DNA of 62,203 bases, filler included, from Ionaspis alba (taxonomy: Eukaryota): the NCBI GenBank assembly GCA_964255285.1. It is 5 parts of 5 records of this genome, joined end to end, with 100 filler letters (N's around TTAATTAATTAA, not from the genome) between each part and the next. Parts side by side here need not be neighbours in the genome. Positions count along the whole stretch, not along the records: positions 1 to 12,416 come from CAXUUL010000511.1; positions 12,517 to 24,878 come from CAXUUL010000513.1; 3 more parts are not named here. The stretch is one strand, 5' to 3'. Positions 10,438-24,356 of the stretch are shown here, piece by piece; the first letter of the stretch is position 1, and each line of letters starts with the position of its first letter. Both the position numbers and the translations under genes were made by a program. The notes beneath the pieces are model-generated. The model searched no databases and had not been told where the DNA came from. It saw only the letters and a list, made by a program, of their open reading frames with translations.

Positions 10438-10811
10438 CGAAAGTCCTGTAAATAGCACTTGAAACGTTCTGCTATGCCTGCCGATCCTTAGTAGGAGATA
10501 ATGGAAGATGGAGGCCTTTGTTTGTAGGTGATAGGAACAAGGCTGTGGTACGTAAAGCAATTTAATGGCCGTGCGACGAGTTTACAATACTGCACTGCCT
10601 TGATAATGCAGCCACAAGCCCACGATTGAAAACGATGATAAAGATTGTGCCAATCGAATGCCTGCCTTTGATACAGGCAATAACCCGAGCAATTGGTCGT
10701 GCCGTGTCCATGCCGCACTTAGGTGGGGTACAAGTCTATTGAAGCATTCGCTGTAATTTCAAATTCCGCCTGATTGTCAGGACTTGAGACAGTCCCTCAT
10801 GGCGAGTCAAT

Positions 10812-12416
10812 ATGGACGAGACCATTGCTGTCAATGTATCTGCTCGATCGAGGTCTCAACAGCCTGGTACTAGAATTGGTCATGGTACGGTTGGATCCCA
10901 TTGATATATTGCACTCTAGAACGTATGCTAATAATCAAGATAGATTGGTTAGGAGACTATACTGAATTAATAACAAGACTGTCCTCGGACGGGTTTGGAG
11001 GAGATGTAGCATCAACTTTGTCCCTGCCTACGAGTCCACACAACAAGCGGGGAGAATCAAGTCCACTGCCACCCACAAACTTGGTCGATGACAATACACC
11101 AAAAGATCATGCACTAAAATATGCTGGAGCTGGCCGATTCTGGAAACCACCGGACACAGAAACTCCGCAAGCTGGCCGAACACGTGCATGGAGGCGATGG
11201 TCAGACAAATCTTTTGCAGTCAATAGCAGTCGTTTCCGACAGAACCTGGTCCCATTCATACCAGCAAGGAAAGAGCGGAAGAGCTTGAGCGATCATGGCT
11301 CTACTGTTTCATTTGATCGCTACCTCGAACAACCACTTGTAAATGACGGGAGATTCTCAGAATCGACAGAGGGAAGTCATGGACCAGCTCGTCCTGATAG
11401 TGGGAAAGTCGAAGTCGGTGCGTCCGATGCACAGTCATCTGGATCAGAGCCATTAAAATGGCTACCTGGCTCTCTTGCTTATCGGATCGCGATGGATGAA
11501 CGACGTATCAGAACGAAGGAACAACTCCAAAGACTCCAACTGGATGAAGAGAAATGTGCGTCCGAGCTCGAGACTGCTGAGCACCCACTTTCAGGACCTA
11601 CAGGATCGCCGATTCCCGCTCAGGTTGACGGCTCAGCAGGCAAGAACACACTTGATCCATCAGTATGGGCAGAAGAACCGCCTGTCGTTGCTTTTGAGAC
11701 TGTTAGTCCACTACTCGAAGGCCTTTCTGGCGACTCCACTCCCGACTCGGGAAGGCACCCCAAGCCAGCCACGATTGAAATCATCGATGTTGATCGCGAC
11801 TGTGAGACGAGACCAAATGACACGAAGGAAGAAACCCTGTACAATGAGTTCTCTCGTCAGGTACCCTCAAGTTTCGGAGTCCCCACCATTATAATTCCTG
11901 AACGCCCCTTATTTCAAGACATTGTCTTATCCGGCCAAGAATCATCCACTGAGCAGCAAGACCGCCCTGAAAAGACCGATTCAAGTCCGTGCCCTGAAGT
12001 ACCCGAACTATCACCAGATCCCGTATCTACAACCCCAAAGATCTTGAGCCCGGCAACACCCGCCGCACCCCAGGCTCAACTTGATGCCCAATCTGTTTCT
12101 CTCCCTGAATTACATTCCGATTCGACCAGCATTCCGATACAGGATTCCCTCTTCTCGGACCTCGACTTGCTTATCTCTGCACTTCCCGCTCGAGCAAACA
12201 CCCAGCACCCGCTCTACCACTCATCTCTCCCGCAATCAGATACTACAGGAACCGGCACCGCTATAGAGCTCAGCTCTACAAAGAGTGTTGCTTACCGTCC
12301 TCATCTACGGCGTAAACCTGTACCCAACACTCCACGTACCCTTCGCCAACACTCTGATTTGACCGTTTATAACACATTACCCTGCGAGCCGTATCCGCTT
12401 TTAGAAAGGGAGCAGA
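10812..12416 (+). CDS. Uncharacterised Pro/Ser/Thr-rich, largely disordered protein; 3' end truncated by the scaffold end
   Basis: ATG 10812 (MDETIAVNV...). A phase-1 intron 10885-10943 (GTACGG..GCTAAT..TAG) joins it to a >490-codon open frame with a short coiled coil (MDERRIRTKEQLQRLQLDEEK). Confidence 0.7.
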
Positions 12417-12516
12417 NNNNNNNNNNNNNNNNNNNNNNNNNNNNNNNNNNNNNNNNNNNNTTAATTAATTAANNNNNNNNNNNNNNNNNNNNNNNNNNNN
12501 NNNNNNNNNNNNNNNN
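12417..12516. other. Artificial contig linker N44-TTAATTAATTAA-N44
   Basis: 12-mer carrying stops in all six frames, embedded in N runs. It recurs four times in the window. Confidence 0.97.
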
Positions 12517-15500
12517 CCCTCAACCCTCCTTCTCAGCCACTCCCCTCCCTCCTCCTTCACAAACTCCATCGTAGGGAAATAATGCTCATTCTTCTTCATC
12601 GTAGCAACCCACGGCACGTTATCGAACGTCACAACCCTGAGCCTAAAGTATGTATTATCTGGAATTCCGCCCACCTCTTTCAGGAAAGCCTCGAGTGTGG
12701 GCGTAGGGACGGAGTTCACAGCTGTAATGAAATTCGTAGGTGCGAGCCCGTACTGATAAGCTGGCGATCCCCGCGTCCGCGCACTGACGTAGACTTCTGA
12801 GTGTAATTTCGAGATCTGCTGCCGCACGGCATGGTGCGGGCGGTGGAGAACGGCGCCGCAGAAGAGCAGTGCATGGGTGGTTGCCAAGTCGGTTGTTGGG
12901 ATTGTGGGGACGTTGAGTGCGAGTTCTTTGCCGCCGCGAACGACGAGCGCACGTAGAGATTGCGACGTGTACATGATGTCGAGTTCAGAGACCCGAGTAA
13001 TGATCTGGTCATTGAGCGTAAGAAGGACATCACCCTCGTGCAAGGACTGGGCATCCGGTCCCGAAGGAGGCGCGCAATCGAGTTTGCGCACCATAAAGAG
13101 CTGATGCCGGCTAGGATTCGCCTGGGCGACGCGCGCGATCCAGGCGTCCGAGACGCCCATGATGCGCGCTTGGGACATCTGCACGGTGTTGGTTTCGATA
13201 TTGAGAATTCGCAGGTCGGGGATGTGGCCGGCGCGGATCTGCTCGATGATGGGTAGGAGGGTCGGGGTTGCGAGACCCAGGTGGTATTCGACGTCTTTGC
13301 TGGAGTGGGGAGAGCGTTCACCGAGATAGGTTAGCCAGAGGGCTTCGATGGTGCCGTCGGGGGCGACGAGGACGCCGTTGCCGCATTGGCCGCTGAGGCC
13401 GGTGTCGACGGTTATGGCGTCGAGGTTGAGCGCGCGGTAGCGTGGGGCAGAACTATTGGAAGGAATTGCCACTGTTGTTATGTCGGTTACCGTTGTCTGG
13501 GCGACGACGACACGGAGGTTCTGGTTAAAGCCAAGGAAGATGGTGGAGGCGCCTTGCTTGATGGTTTTGGTAGAGAATTTCGCTGTTTGTACCGGAGCAT
13601 GGACAAGAGAAGGATCGTACTGGATGATGGCGTAGTTGGCGAGGGGATGTAGAAAGATTACTTTGGCGTCGACGATAATGGAATCAGCGATGGTGACTGA
13701 GAGGTCGCAGAGGTCGTAGGGTACAATGGCTCTCGAGACTATGACTAGACCTTTCTCAGCGTCGACAACGAGGCCAAATCCGATCTTGCGGGCTCGAGGA
13801 AAGCCATCCAATTTCACAGGCATGGTACATGATATTCGTACAAAGCTTCTGATGACGTCGGAGGCAGCTGGATGAGAAATGCTATCCAATTGAACAAATT
13901 CTGCTGAGCGTGGAACAGGGGCGCTTGCCGGTATGGGATCTGCGAGATCACTGAAATCCCAGAGTCCAGTCTTGTCGTTGCGTACTGCCATCCTCATCTT
14001 GCTAGTCCAATGTCGGTCAATATAGAGAATGCTGGTATTGATGGTGTGAAGGTCTCTTAGATGTTTGTAAGTCACAACAACTCGTGCGCGATCAGGTATC
14101 CCTTTCATGACCTCGACGAACGTATCCAGGTCGGGAGTCCTCTTTTGATCGACCGATTCGATGACCCATCCTGACTCTGTATTTTCGAATCTGAATGAGC
14201 CCGCCGCCTCACATACGTATACTCCTCTGACTGGAATTGCATAGAGACGTGCTTGCTGGTAAGAAAGGTTGTGGAAGGAGCCTCCCGCGACAGTGACGAA
14301 ACGATCTGGTGTTATGGCATGAAGGTCGCCAACCTCAAGTTCCATCTCGACATCCTGGCCACCCCGTTGAACCAAGACACTGATCGTCTTCCCAACATGA
14401 GAATCGAGGATATCGTCCAGGCGGATGAACTGAGTGAGGAGCTCTCCATTGACATTTATAAGCACATCCCCTTCCTCAATCTTCTTGTCAGCGGGACCTT
14501 CTGGCAAGACAATCTCCGCAGCTAGCATCCCTGTCTCTTTGGGAAAGTCTTTCCTAATTGCAGCTTCCCACTCTGGTGTCAGACCTAATCTTCTGCATTC
14601 GTCGAACGGCTTGATGATCCACTGAGTCTGAATGGTTCCACGTGTTACGGGCTCCCCTCTCCTGATGCATTCAAGGGCACGCAAAGGGCGATCCAACGGC
14701 AGGAAGTAATCTGTCGCGGCACCATCTGATCTACCTCCCGCCTGAAGTGCAATGGCGTAGCCATCGACGTTCACTACTGGGCTGCCTGAGCTTCCACCAC
14801 TTGCAGCCGCTGCCGCTTGTATGTAATTTGTATTGAAGTCACTGTATCCATCTCCATACTCTGGTGCATTTCTGTCGAGGCGACTGATGACTCCAGACAA
14901 GATGCTGAGTTTTTCTCCTGCATCATTACCCACCACCCTGATCTCTGCTCCAACTTTTGCTAAGTCTGGTTTCAATTCCAACGCGGCCAAAGGCATGTAT
15001 TTGATAGCTTTGGGATCGAATCGAAGGATACCGAAGTCATGGATAGGGTCGCGGTAGATAGGATAGACATCGCACTGCATAGTCCCATCAGCCAATGCCA
15101 TCTAGCAAGGAGAAGAGTGTCCATAGAGGAGCTGTTCTCAGTATACCTCTTCGTGGTTGTCGAAGATGCAGTAGCCAACAAATGGGCCAGAAGAAACAAC
15201 ATGACGCTGTTTCGAATCAGCCTCAAGAAGATCAGGGTTGTAGGACGAAAGTTCTCACATTGGTCAATATGTACCCTTTGACAGCATCTACCACAAAACC
15301 AGTAGCTTCACTCGAGCATGCAGCATCTGTATCAAAGGAACAAGGTTGACAAAAGTGTATCGAAACCACATTTTTCACTACCTGCTCTATTGTCGCCTGC
15401 CATGCCGCAGTGTCTGCAACGGCAGCTGTAAGAGGAAGCAGGTGACCTTCGTCCTCCTCACTGTCCATGACATAGACGGGGGTGTCACTTGGTGTTTCGT

Positions 15501-15609
15501 CTCCGTCGATCAGAGCAGCAGCTTCGGGCTTCAGCTGTTTGGCTGGCCGGTCCAAGGCTGCGACGGGGCTCATCTTGCGCTTGTTGCGAAAGTCTCCGTT
15601 TCGCTCCAT
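12517..15609 (-). CDS. NMA111: Pro-apoptotic HtrA-family serine protease Nma111; extreme C-terminus truncated
   Basis: Motifs [40 protein letters not shown] and catalytic [12 protein letters not shown]. Tandem protease-PDZ modules. Two introns at about 15.08-15.26 kb. Confidence 0.96.
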
Positions 15610-16162
15610 GGTTGGAGGGGATGTATGGATCTTAAGTAACTGGTGCTGAAAGAGTGAAGGGATAATTCCGGAACGTTCACTGGGGTTTTTAAGTTTTGTA
15701 TATATGGAAAGTGTGCTGGTGGCTCTGCTCTTGCTATTGTAAGTAACGAATGACTGTGAATGAAGTCTCGTAAGCCTAATCAAAGGTGATTTTCTCCGTG
15801 AGATTTTGGAGGCAATTCTCTGTAAGCCCTTGGTAGGCAAGGCTACATGCATTCAGCTCGACCGTAAGGAGCTGCAACGAAGGTCGGAGGGAGATGTCCC
15901 CTGCGCAAGAGACAATTAGATTATTTTATGGCACAGCTACGGAGAGCTTCATAGAAAGGGTTCACTTGACGCTAACTAAGGAGGTGAGCTAGACGAGGGT
16001 CCCTGCGCCTTCCCGCTTGTGCGACACAACGGTTCCTCCTCCTTCGACTCCATGCCGAAATCTCCTGTCCTCGACATTAGTCTTGTAGAAGGAAATGAAG
16101 CAACAGCAACGTCCTAATTCAATTTGACATCTTCGCTTCCTCGTTACGATGAAGAGAGAAGG

Positions 16163-16658
16163 TCAAGCAGCGACACCTCCCTTCTCCTGAACAGGCTCGG
16201 CTTCTCCAACCTCATCTTCCGCCTTCACCTCAGGTTCATCCTCGCTCTCGGTCTTCTGCTTCTTTACCCCCATATTTTCCTCGTCGTCTTCATCCGCCAC
16301 CTTGTCCTCTGACTTCTTGGTTGCGCGTTTGCGCTTAGCACCCTCCCCGGCTGGCTTCTTTGCTTTCTTGACAGGCGTAGTCTTGGCGGAAGAAGGTGCT
16401 GAAGTGACACCGTTGGGGCCCGGTGCATGTTTGCGATGACCAGCTATCATTTCTTGCACTGCCTTTAGTGAGCGTCCTTCCGGAATATACACGGTGCTCC
16501 AGTCGATTTCTTTGCATGCTTTAAGTACCGAGCCAAGTACCTGGAGCTGACAGGCGATTTTGGAATTAGTCACTTGATGGTCGTTTCGTAGATACAGAGG
16601 AGCATACCTTCTCTTCTTCCGTCCAACGACCGGCAGTAGAGACCTTTTCGCGTACCAT
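16163..16658 (-). CDS. Small Myb-like/helix-turn-helix protein with a Lys/Glu-rich tail
   Basis: Exon 1 MVREKVSTAGRWTEEEK, a GTATGC intron, then LQVLGSVLKACKEIDWSTVYIPEGRSLKAVQEMI (RWT...IDW...GRS.KA pattern) and a basic KRKR segment. Confidence 0.7.
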
Positions 16659-17299
16659 GTTTGCTATTGCTAAGCTTTGGAGTCAGTGAGAATCTACTTG
16701 GGCATATGTATGACAAGGTAGACCTTGCTGATTCTGAACTTGACTTGTGATGAGTGGCAGGTGTTTGTACTGATGGCACCTGAATGTCACTCTGATGGTA
16801 GTCAGTTGATAAGATGAAAAATGTAAACCAAGTTTGAACCCACACCTTGCAGTAAGAAGAATTCGGAGTTGATCTTTGATAGACGAAGCAAACGTTCTCG
16901 GATAAAGTAAGCTTCGAAAAAGAAACTAGAATATGCGCGATACTTGTGGTGCCCAACGAAGATTGTGCTGTCTAAAATAGGATGGTGAACGAGGGTGCAA
17001 AGATAGCTTACCAAAGATTTGACGGGTGAACAGTAAATGCTTGTTGTCTCGCGAATTTTCGGGGAGACCAGAGATGGTTGAACCGGACTGCTTGGGGAGA
17101 ATAGGGTTATCCCTTCAAAGCCAATTTATTCGGTTGGCGTTCTCACTTTGGCTCACAAGTTCGTTGTTTCTGTCGATTGTCCTTCGTTCACTTGATCGAC
17201 CTAGCAAAACTGTGCTTTGTTGCCAGCCAAGGAGCGATTAGGAGAATATCTCAGATCTGCTACGCGGCCTTCATCAAGCGCCATCTCTTAACTTCAGAC

Positions 17300-20200
17300 T
17301 TAGGTCTCGTTAGTCCCCCTCCTCCTAATCCCAGCCTCCATCTTCCGACTCTGAATCCTCATCAAGCTAGCTGGAACCTCGTCGTCATCCTCAATACTCA
17401 CAGTCGGGCTCCGCAACTTCTTCAACTTCGCAGCACCAGCAGGTTCTTTGACCTCATCCTTCGCCTCTCTGTCCGCCTGCTCATCTTCTGCACCCTCACT
17501 CTGTCTGCCGCCTTTCTCTACATACTCACGGTACGTAGGTCGCATCAAGAGGCCACTCCGAAACTCGTTTGCACCCACGAGGAGTTTCGTCAGATCTGTG
17601 AGCTCTTCCAAATACTCGATAATCTCTGCTCGTGCAGCCGAGGCTGCGTTCCAGGATAAGTATTTTCGCCTCATGGTCTGTCGACGCGACAGGATGCCGC
17701 CATCGCTATTGTCGCTATTTTCAAGTTCAACTCTGTGGATGATAGACCGCACTTTATTGATCATCCGCAAATGCGCCAACCGTGCAGAAGGCAAGAACTG
17801 TGGTAGTGGCAACTTGGTGGTCAGAGCCTCGTGTACTGCGTATAGAACCAGCGTGACAGCGCCGGCGGCATTACGGCGATATGGATATAGCTCTGTGTTG
17901 AAGTCCTCGAGGGGTCCGGAACCGTAGGCAGTGCGGAGCAGGAACATGTTATTCATGCGGTCGATGATTTGATGAAGAACGAAGATAATCTCGCGGTAAA
18001 TGACAGCAAGACCCGCGAAGGAGCCTTTTAATCGAGGCTCTACACTGCAGAATGGCAGGAAAGTTTCTGCTGCGCTGAGGGCTGTTTTGGCTTTGCCGCT
18101 TGCGCGATTGAAGCGAGCGAAAACTGCGGGAGGAAAGCCTCCACTCAGATCTGCTCCTGTCTCTACGCCATAGGCGATACAAGCCTCCATGGAGCCAATT
18201 TGTTTGATTGCCGTTGCCAGAGACTCTATCATCCTGGTGCGGGCTTTCACGGGTAAGAGAACCATTTCGACAATCAATGCAACTGCTCCTCCGACCATAA
18301 ATGCAAGCCAGCGCTTCAAAAAGTTCTCGGTTCCATTACCAGGCACTGTGTGTAGCTCCGATGATAGTGCCACAATGGTCATGCTGATTATCCCAACCAT
18401 GCCTGCTTTAGGGTATTTAGAGCCAAGCTGGACATACACAGCGGGAATCAAACCAATAAAGAGCATTGCTGTACAGACGTATGGATCACCACGACCTGCT
18501 TCGAACGCTGCCCAGCCCCATAAACTTCCTAGAGTTGTCCCGACGCCACGGATGATGAAATTCTGGATTGATGTCCCGATGGCAACTTCGAAGACGAAGA
18601 CAAGCTGTAGAGTAGCCCAAGCTAAAGACAGCGCCATCAGTACAGTGACACCAAGTTGTTGACTAAAGAACACTCACTACCCCGAGATAAATAGAAAAAG
18701 TAATTCAAGTTGGGTATAAGCGCAGGAAATGTTACAAGCATGCAGGCAATCGTAAGCTTCAATGCATAAGAAACATCCTCGGAATCTTTTAACCAGTCAA
18801 CAACATCAGCTAGCCTGCCTCGGATTCGCATTGTTAAAGAATTTGAAACGCTCCGAGACGAGGCAGACTGCTCATGAGATGGTCGGTTATCTGTCGGACC
18901 GTCTGAAGTTTGTGGCTGTGGTCTAGATGCAGAGTCCCCAGCACGATTCTTGCCTCTGCCTGATTCCACGTCTTCTTTCTTCTCGCGAACTAGGTTTTCT
19001 TCGCTTCCTGCTGCGGATTTGGCATCATCTTCGTATTCCTGATCGTTGGAACCTTCTCGCGCTGGTTGGCGTCCCTTAGATGGAAGTGATTCATCTTCTT
19101 CACCACCAGAATACAACCATTTTCTCCAATGGATTTTCGGAAGATATAGACGTCGCTTGCCTCGTCTCTCTTGATTAAGCAAAATCAGATGGCGAGAGTG
19201 CTGAAGCATCTGTTCTAGATGTGTAGATGCTTGTCTGATGTTGAGGAGGAAAGATGATATCAGGAACACTTCTTCTCTTGGCATAACATCGGACGGCCCT
19301 CCGCTTTCTTCGTGTGAAAGAGTGGTGCTATCCAGAGCGGTTGTACAATCGATGTCAAAGACCCGGAGTGCGCTTTTCAGGGACTCGGATTGTTCATCGA
19401 TGGCCTCGACGGACACTATTTTGGGTGCTTCCTCACCAGAAGGAAGCTTAGCTACATCCTACATATTGATCAGCCACGACAACAGAGAATCTGATTGGTG
19501 TTGCTGACAAATGAGAAAGCAAGACATGTCTCCACAACTTCTACAACTCGTGTAATGGTATCATGAAGATGAACATACGGGAGCTTGATTCGCTCAAGTA
19601 AAGACTTGAACAGCTCTGTATCGCCGAATTCTATTTCTCGCTGCGGCTTGACACGCTCCAGATCGGTTGTTGCATGACCTTCAACATTGGTAATAGTTCT
19701 TTTGGATGGTCTGGTTTGATCAGAATTGGGAGAGGTTTCTTCAGAGCTCGTTGAGAGATCTCCAAGAAGAGCAGCTCGGCTTTCACAAGCATCAATCACA
19801 GAGATGACGTTGGCAATCATCTTTCCCATTGACTCTTTGCTGACAGGCCGTAGTTTTCTGGGAGGCAGCACTGCGAATGCAAGCTCGAACTGGCACTCGT
19901 TTTGTGCTGCTACACACTTTCCCAACTTAGAACGCAAACGTGCTTTGGCGACAGTAATTTTTTGCAAGGAGAGAGTGGCTTTCTTCGTGCTTTCCGAAGA
20001 ATCATCCGCTTCCATGGCAGTCTTTCCCGTACTTGGAGTCTTTTCTACCTTAGCTTCTTCCACTCGCTCATTACCAATGAAGTAGTCTCCTGCATTATTT
20101 AAGGCTATTGAAACATCATGAAGTGTTTCAATTGTCATGGTACCCAAGAAGTTGGAACTAAACTCGGGGAAGATGCAGAGATTGACCACGAATATTACAC

Positions 20201-20808
20201 CAGCAGCCATGGAGATGGGATAAATGAATTGTGTCAAGAATTGCAAGGTAAAATGCGTAGACGTAGTGGTAAAGCCTGTAATGCAAACAATGATGAAAAG
20301 CAGCACCATAAGAAAAAGCCGAGGTGTGTGCGAACGTAAATAGCCATGGAAGAGCAGAGCTATGACGAGGAAGATCCCACGAACGGTGTAAGCTGCAGAT
20401 TCGTCGTCGCCGTAGACAAGAGATCCAAGGTATATGCCTAGGATAGACCAACCAATACCAAGTATGCCACCGAATAAGGAGAGAATCAGGGCTTCCACAA
20501 GTTGACCAAGTCGTCGGCCGGGATGCGCAAAAACACTCATCATCGCCGCAAGGTAGACAGCATTCCCAAAAATCGAGTTAGGCAGGTGGATGAGACTGAG
20601 AGCAACTGAAGAGTTGATTGTCAGTCTCTGCAATGCAGGGAGTGTCCCGAATATACAAACCAATAATTGTCGTGGTTATCACGTTCTTGATCATCCTTTT
20701 CCACAAGTTGTCTTCACCCAGCCTTTTCCAGATATCCTTGGACCTCGTTTGTCCATACTGACGAAGTCTGCTAGACCTTGTTGCGGAGACTGCCATCTCA
20801 ATTGACAT
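17300..20808 (-). CDS. Aromatic acid exporter / fusaric-acid-resistance (ArAE_2/FUSC, Bre4-like) membrane protein
   Basis: Four exons spanning ORFs 20578-20808, 19470-20663, 18637-19416 and 17300-18673. N-terminal TM bundle with HPGRRLGQLVEA. Second TM bundle YALKLTIA...VFEVAIGTS..RGVGT. Motifs EPRLKGSF and LPLPQFLPSARLAH. Confidence 0.88.
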
Positions 20809-21176
20809 ACAGGTTATGCTCGGGTTTCAAAAATATGGAGTGTCGTCCGATACATGGATATCTCAGAAGTCTTCTGGGACGGGGCACAACGCGGTGCCTC
20901 GTCATGGTTGCCTGTGCCACAATACGATAAGGTTTGACATTTGAGTTCTTGAGTCCCGTTCATCGCACAAGGAAAATCTTGTCGGAGGTATAAGAAGCAT
21001 AGGCTAAGGAGGGTACCAAGGGTGGTTAAAGATCCGGAGTCCCTTCCATATGCTCGGGCTTTGAAGTGTGGAGGGGCAGTGGCAGATGCCCCACGTAAAT
21101 AGCCCGGGTTCAGGCATCACAATCGACAACTGTCCACAATTCGGGTCCGTGACAGTATTCAGGAAGAAGGGACAAT

Positions 21177-22192
21177 ATGGCACCGTCTTCTGCGGTAGTG
21201 GTAGGTGCCCCAAATCTGAATATTGATTTCCACGCGCTAACTCCTCAAAGTCGAAGATTAAGGTGCAGCTGAAACTCGCTATCAGCAGGCTGCGCATGGT
21301 TCAGCAGAAAGACACCGCAATAGCCAAACAGCAGCGCCGGTCAATGGCCCAGCTCCTCGAAGTATGCTTCCTTCTCACTCGATTGTGCCTCCGCCGGATG
21401 ACCAATAGGCGATAGCAAGGCAAAGAAGAGTCAGCTCGAATTCGTGTCGAGAATATTATCCACTCCGATATCACGACCGAACTACTCGAGATTCTTGAGC
21501 TCTACTGCGAGCTCGTACTGGCACGGATAGGACTTCTGGAGGCTAAAGAATGTGATCCAGGCTTGGAAGAGGCTATCAAATCTATCATCTACGCTGCACC
21601 TAGAACGGATATCAAGGAGCTTCAACAAGCTCGGCAGCTACTGGTGGAGAAGTATGGCAAGGAATTCGCGTTGGAGGCTATCGAGAATAAAGACGGAAAA
21701 GTCGCCGAGCGAGTGGTCACTCGACTGAGAGTCCAACCTCCGGAACCTGTCCTCGTTGAAGCCTACCTCAAGGAGATTGCAAGAACATATGGCATTCCAT
21801 GGCCGAAGAACGAGGAGACCTTGCCAGCGTACAACGAAGGAGATGACGACGATACGCCCAGTGGAGGGCAAGCGATCAAGAACCTAGAAGAGCCACTGAC
21901 TACAGAGGAACTTAGCAAGGCCACTCCACCCAGAGATCTGGGTCCGAAATCTCCAGTCCGCGTAGCTCCTCCAAGTCCGAGTATCGACAACATAAGCCCT
22001 AGGGTGAAGTTGCCCGGCCCTCCTGTACTCAAGCCGAGCGAGAAGATGGGTGGCATGAAGAAGCAGGCTCCTTCGACAGAGGCAAAGAGCAATCCTGGTA
22101 ATGAGGATCCCGGAGGCAGGAAGGATATCGTAGGCGGTAAGATACCGGATGTGGACGAGTTGGCAAAGCGATTCGCAGCCTTGAAGAGGTGA
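21177..22192 (+). CDS. IST1: ESCRT-III-associated protein Ist1 (regulator of Vps4, DUF292)
   Basis: Motifs KVQLKLAISRLRMVQQK, ARIRVENII, ELLEILELYCEL, EAIKSIIYAAPR and KYGKEF. C-terminal MIM-like DELAKRFAALKR. Two introns. Confidence 0.95.
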
Positions 22193-22798
22193 CTGTACTT
22201 CGGTCCATGCGCTTGTGCTCATGGCAGGGTTATGGTCACTGTGAACTTCCAATTATACACCCACCTTCAACTGCTTGGTTCAGCTTCGGCAGCCGAGAGC
22301 TGTATGAAAACCGGATGGATGGAGCAAAGAATTTAACCCCATATTTTTTATGACTGTTTTCGACTCTTCTTCAACCAAGAATTTCATGGCAAACCGACTG
22401 CAGTTAGTCAGCATTTCTGTAGCTCTTTGCCATAATCGCAGGATAAACACCACGTTCCATCGCTGACTTTGCCACGAAAGCACCGGCTCACCCTGTCTTT
22501 CCACAGCTTTGGCAAAAAGCCCAAAAAAGCCCAAGTCTCGAGGCAAAGCAGAGAGTAGCCGCAACGGCAAGCGATAAATTTTGGATACTGTAGAATAGCA
22601 CGGTGGCGGGCACGGAACCATCCATGAGCATTGGTCCAAACCCCCTCAGATTCCCATAATATCTCGCTAGCACAGTATGTGAAGAGATCCGTTTCGATAA
22701 AGCGAGCACGAAGCACTGAACAAAACCTTCAACCCAATCGCCAATATTAAAGCCGGATATTTCATTCGCACTTTTCATATCCTCACTCCACAACCTCA

Positions 22799-24356
22799 CT
22801 ACTCCTTCCTGACTGGCAAAACCGGCCTTCCATTTCCAGTCCCACCAATACTCCCACCACCAGATCCCCTCCCCGTCATCACCTCCTCCGCCTTCTTCGT
22901 AATGACACCAAACCACGGCTCCACTTTAGCGGCCCAAAAGTGCGCTCCCACAAGCATGACACTCATACTGACCACCACACTCGCAGCCGTCCACCAAGGG
23001 CCAGGAAGAGGATACCGCATCACGCTCTTCTTCTCATTCCCCTCTTGGACCTCAAACGGCATGAGCGTCTGCCCAGCAAACATGAGCCAGGCGAATAGAC
23101 TCCGCATGAAAGTGCCGTGCAGCAGATATATCGGAAAAGACAATTTCCCCAGCCAGAGCAGGAATGGGTGTGCGAGGAAGCGCCGCAGGTGGGGCGAAGG
23201 CAGGATGGCGAGGATGAGGATGAGGGCGCCGGTGGAGCCCCAGGTGCGGCCAAAATCGATTTGTTTGGGGAAGATTTTGGGACCGAGGTTGTAGAGGAAG
23301 GAGGTCCAGGGTGTGGAGAGTGGAGAGTCGGTCGGGAAGGACATGAGGACTAGGCCGAGGATTGTGAGGGGGGGTGTGAAGAGTGGCGAGTATTTTTGCA
23401 GGCGGGAGGGGAGGGGCGAGTGAAAGATTTCGGCGAGGAGCATGCCAGAGAGAACGGTGAAACCTACAAGAGCTGGTCAAGGGGGTGAGGGTTAGCATCG
23501 TGGTCGAATGAGGAGAATGGGGTGGACGAGGAACGTACGATCTCGGAATTGGTAACTCCAGTCGAAGGACCAGAGGGCAAAGATCACCAAACAGGTGGCA
23601 CGCCATATAGGCGTTAAGTTAGTTGTAATGAGCAGCGCACAGAAGACCATCATTGAGCCTTCGAGCAAGTAGATCAGCGCCCATTGTGGCTGGTCGTATT
23701 GATTCACCACGCCGAAGGTCCAGGTAGCTCGTAGCGCCAAGACCAAGTCTTCCAGCGCTGTTCCCCAAGATGAGCTGGGTGCAGGTGTATATGTATACAG
23801 CCAGTAGGCATCGCTGGTCCTCGACGTTTCGTATGCGCCTAACTGGCAGATGAACCAACTGACTACCGTCGCTGTTGCCGCAGGCAGCATCAGCCTGAAT
23901 GTTCTTCTAAACGAGCTGACTGCCATATTTGTGAGAGCGGTCTCATTTTGTCCAGCCCTGGCCAGCTTTATTGGCTTGAGGGCGTTGACGAATCCAGAAA
24001 GGAGGAAGAAGATGGCAACCCAGGAGTGGCCCTGAGCCACTAGTCGGAGTATGGGGCGCTGAAAGAGTGTCACGGAGCCATCGTCCGCGCAGCATGGGAG
24101 AACGAGTCGTCTCGCAAAACAGAGGACCATATGAGAACAGACAACGTAGACGGCTGCAATGCCACGGAGACCCTGTGAACATCGGGAAGTCAGCAATGTT
24201 CGTGCCCCTCCTATAGTAAGGCAGATTGGGAGAAAAAAGACTCACATCAGCCCAGCTGCTGTCTTGCATGGCAGATTTCTGAGATCCGTTATCAAGGAAC
24301 GGCCGCCTCATTGCCCGCCTGGCATTCGCGGTCAGGAGCGAGACTGTTGCAGACAT
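22799..24356 (-). CDS. Acyltransferase-3 family integral membrane O-acyltransferase
   Basis: Motifs SWAD|GLRGIAAVYVVCSH, VAIFFLLSGFV, RRTFRL and LGKLSFPIYLLH. Multiple TM helices. Two introns. Confidence 0.92.

Noticed and set aside
12461..12472. Recurrent TTAATTAATTAA palindrome as a biological repeat
   Set aside because: It is always centred in N runs, so it is a synthetic six-frame-stop linker.
8403..15609. Hsp70 module clustered with the cell-death protease Nma111
   Set aside because: They are separated by an artificial linker and lie on different scaffolds.
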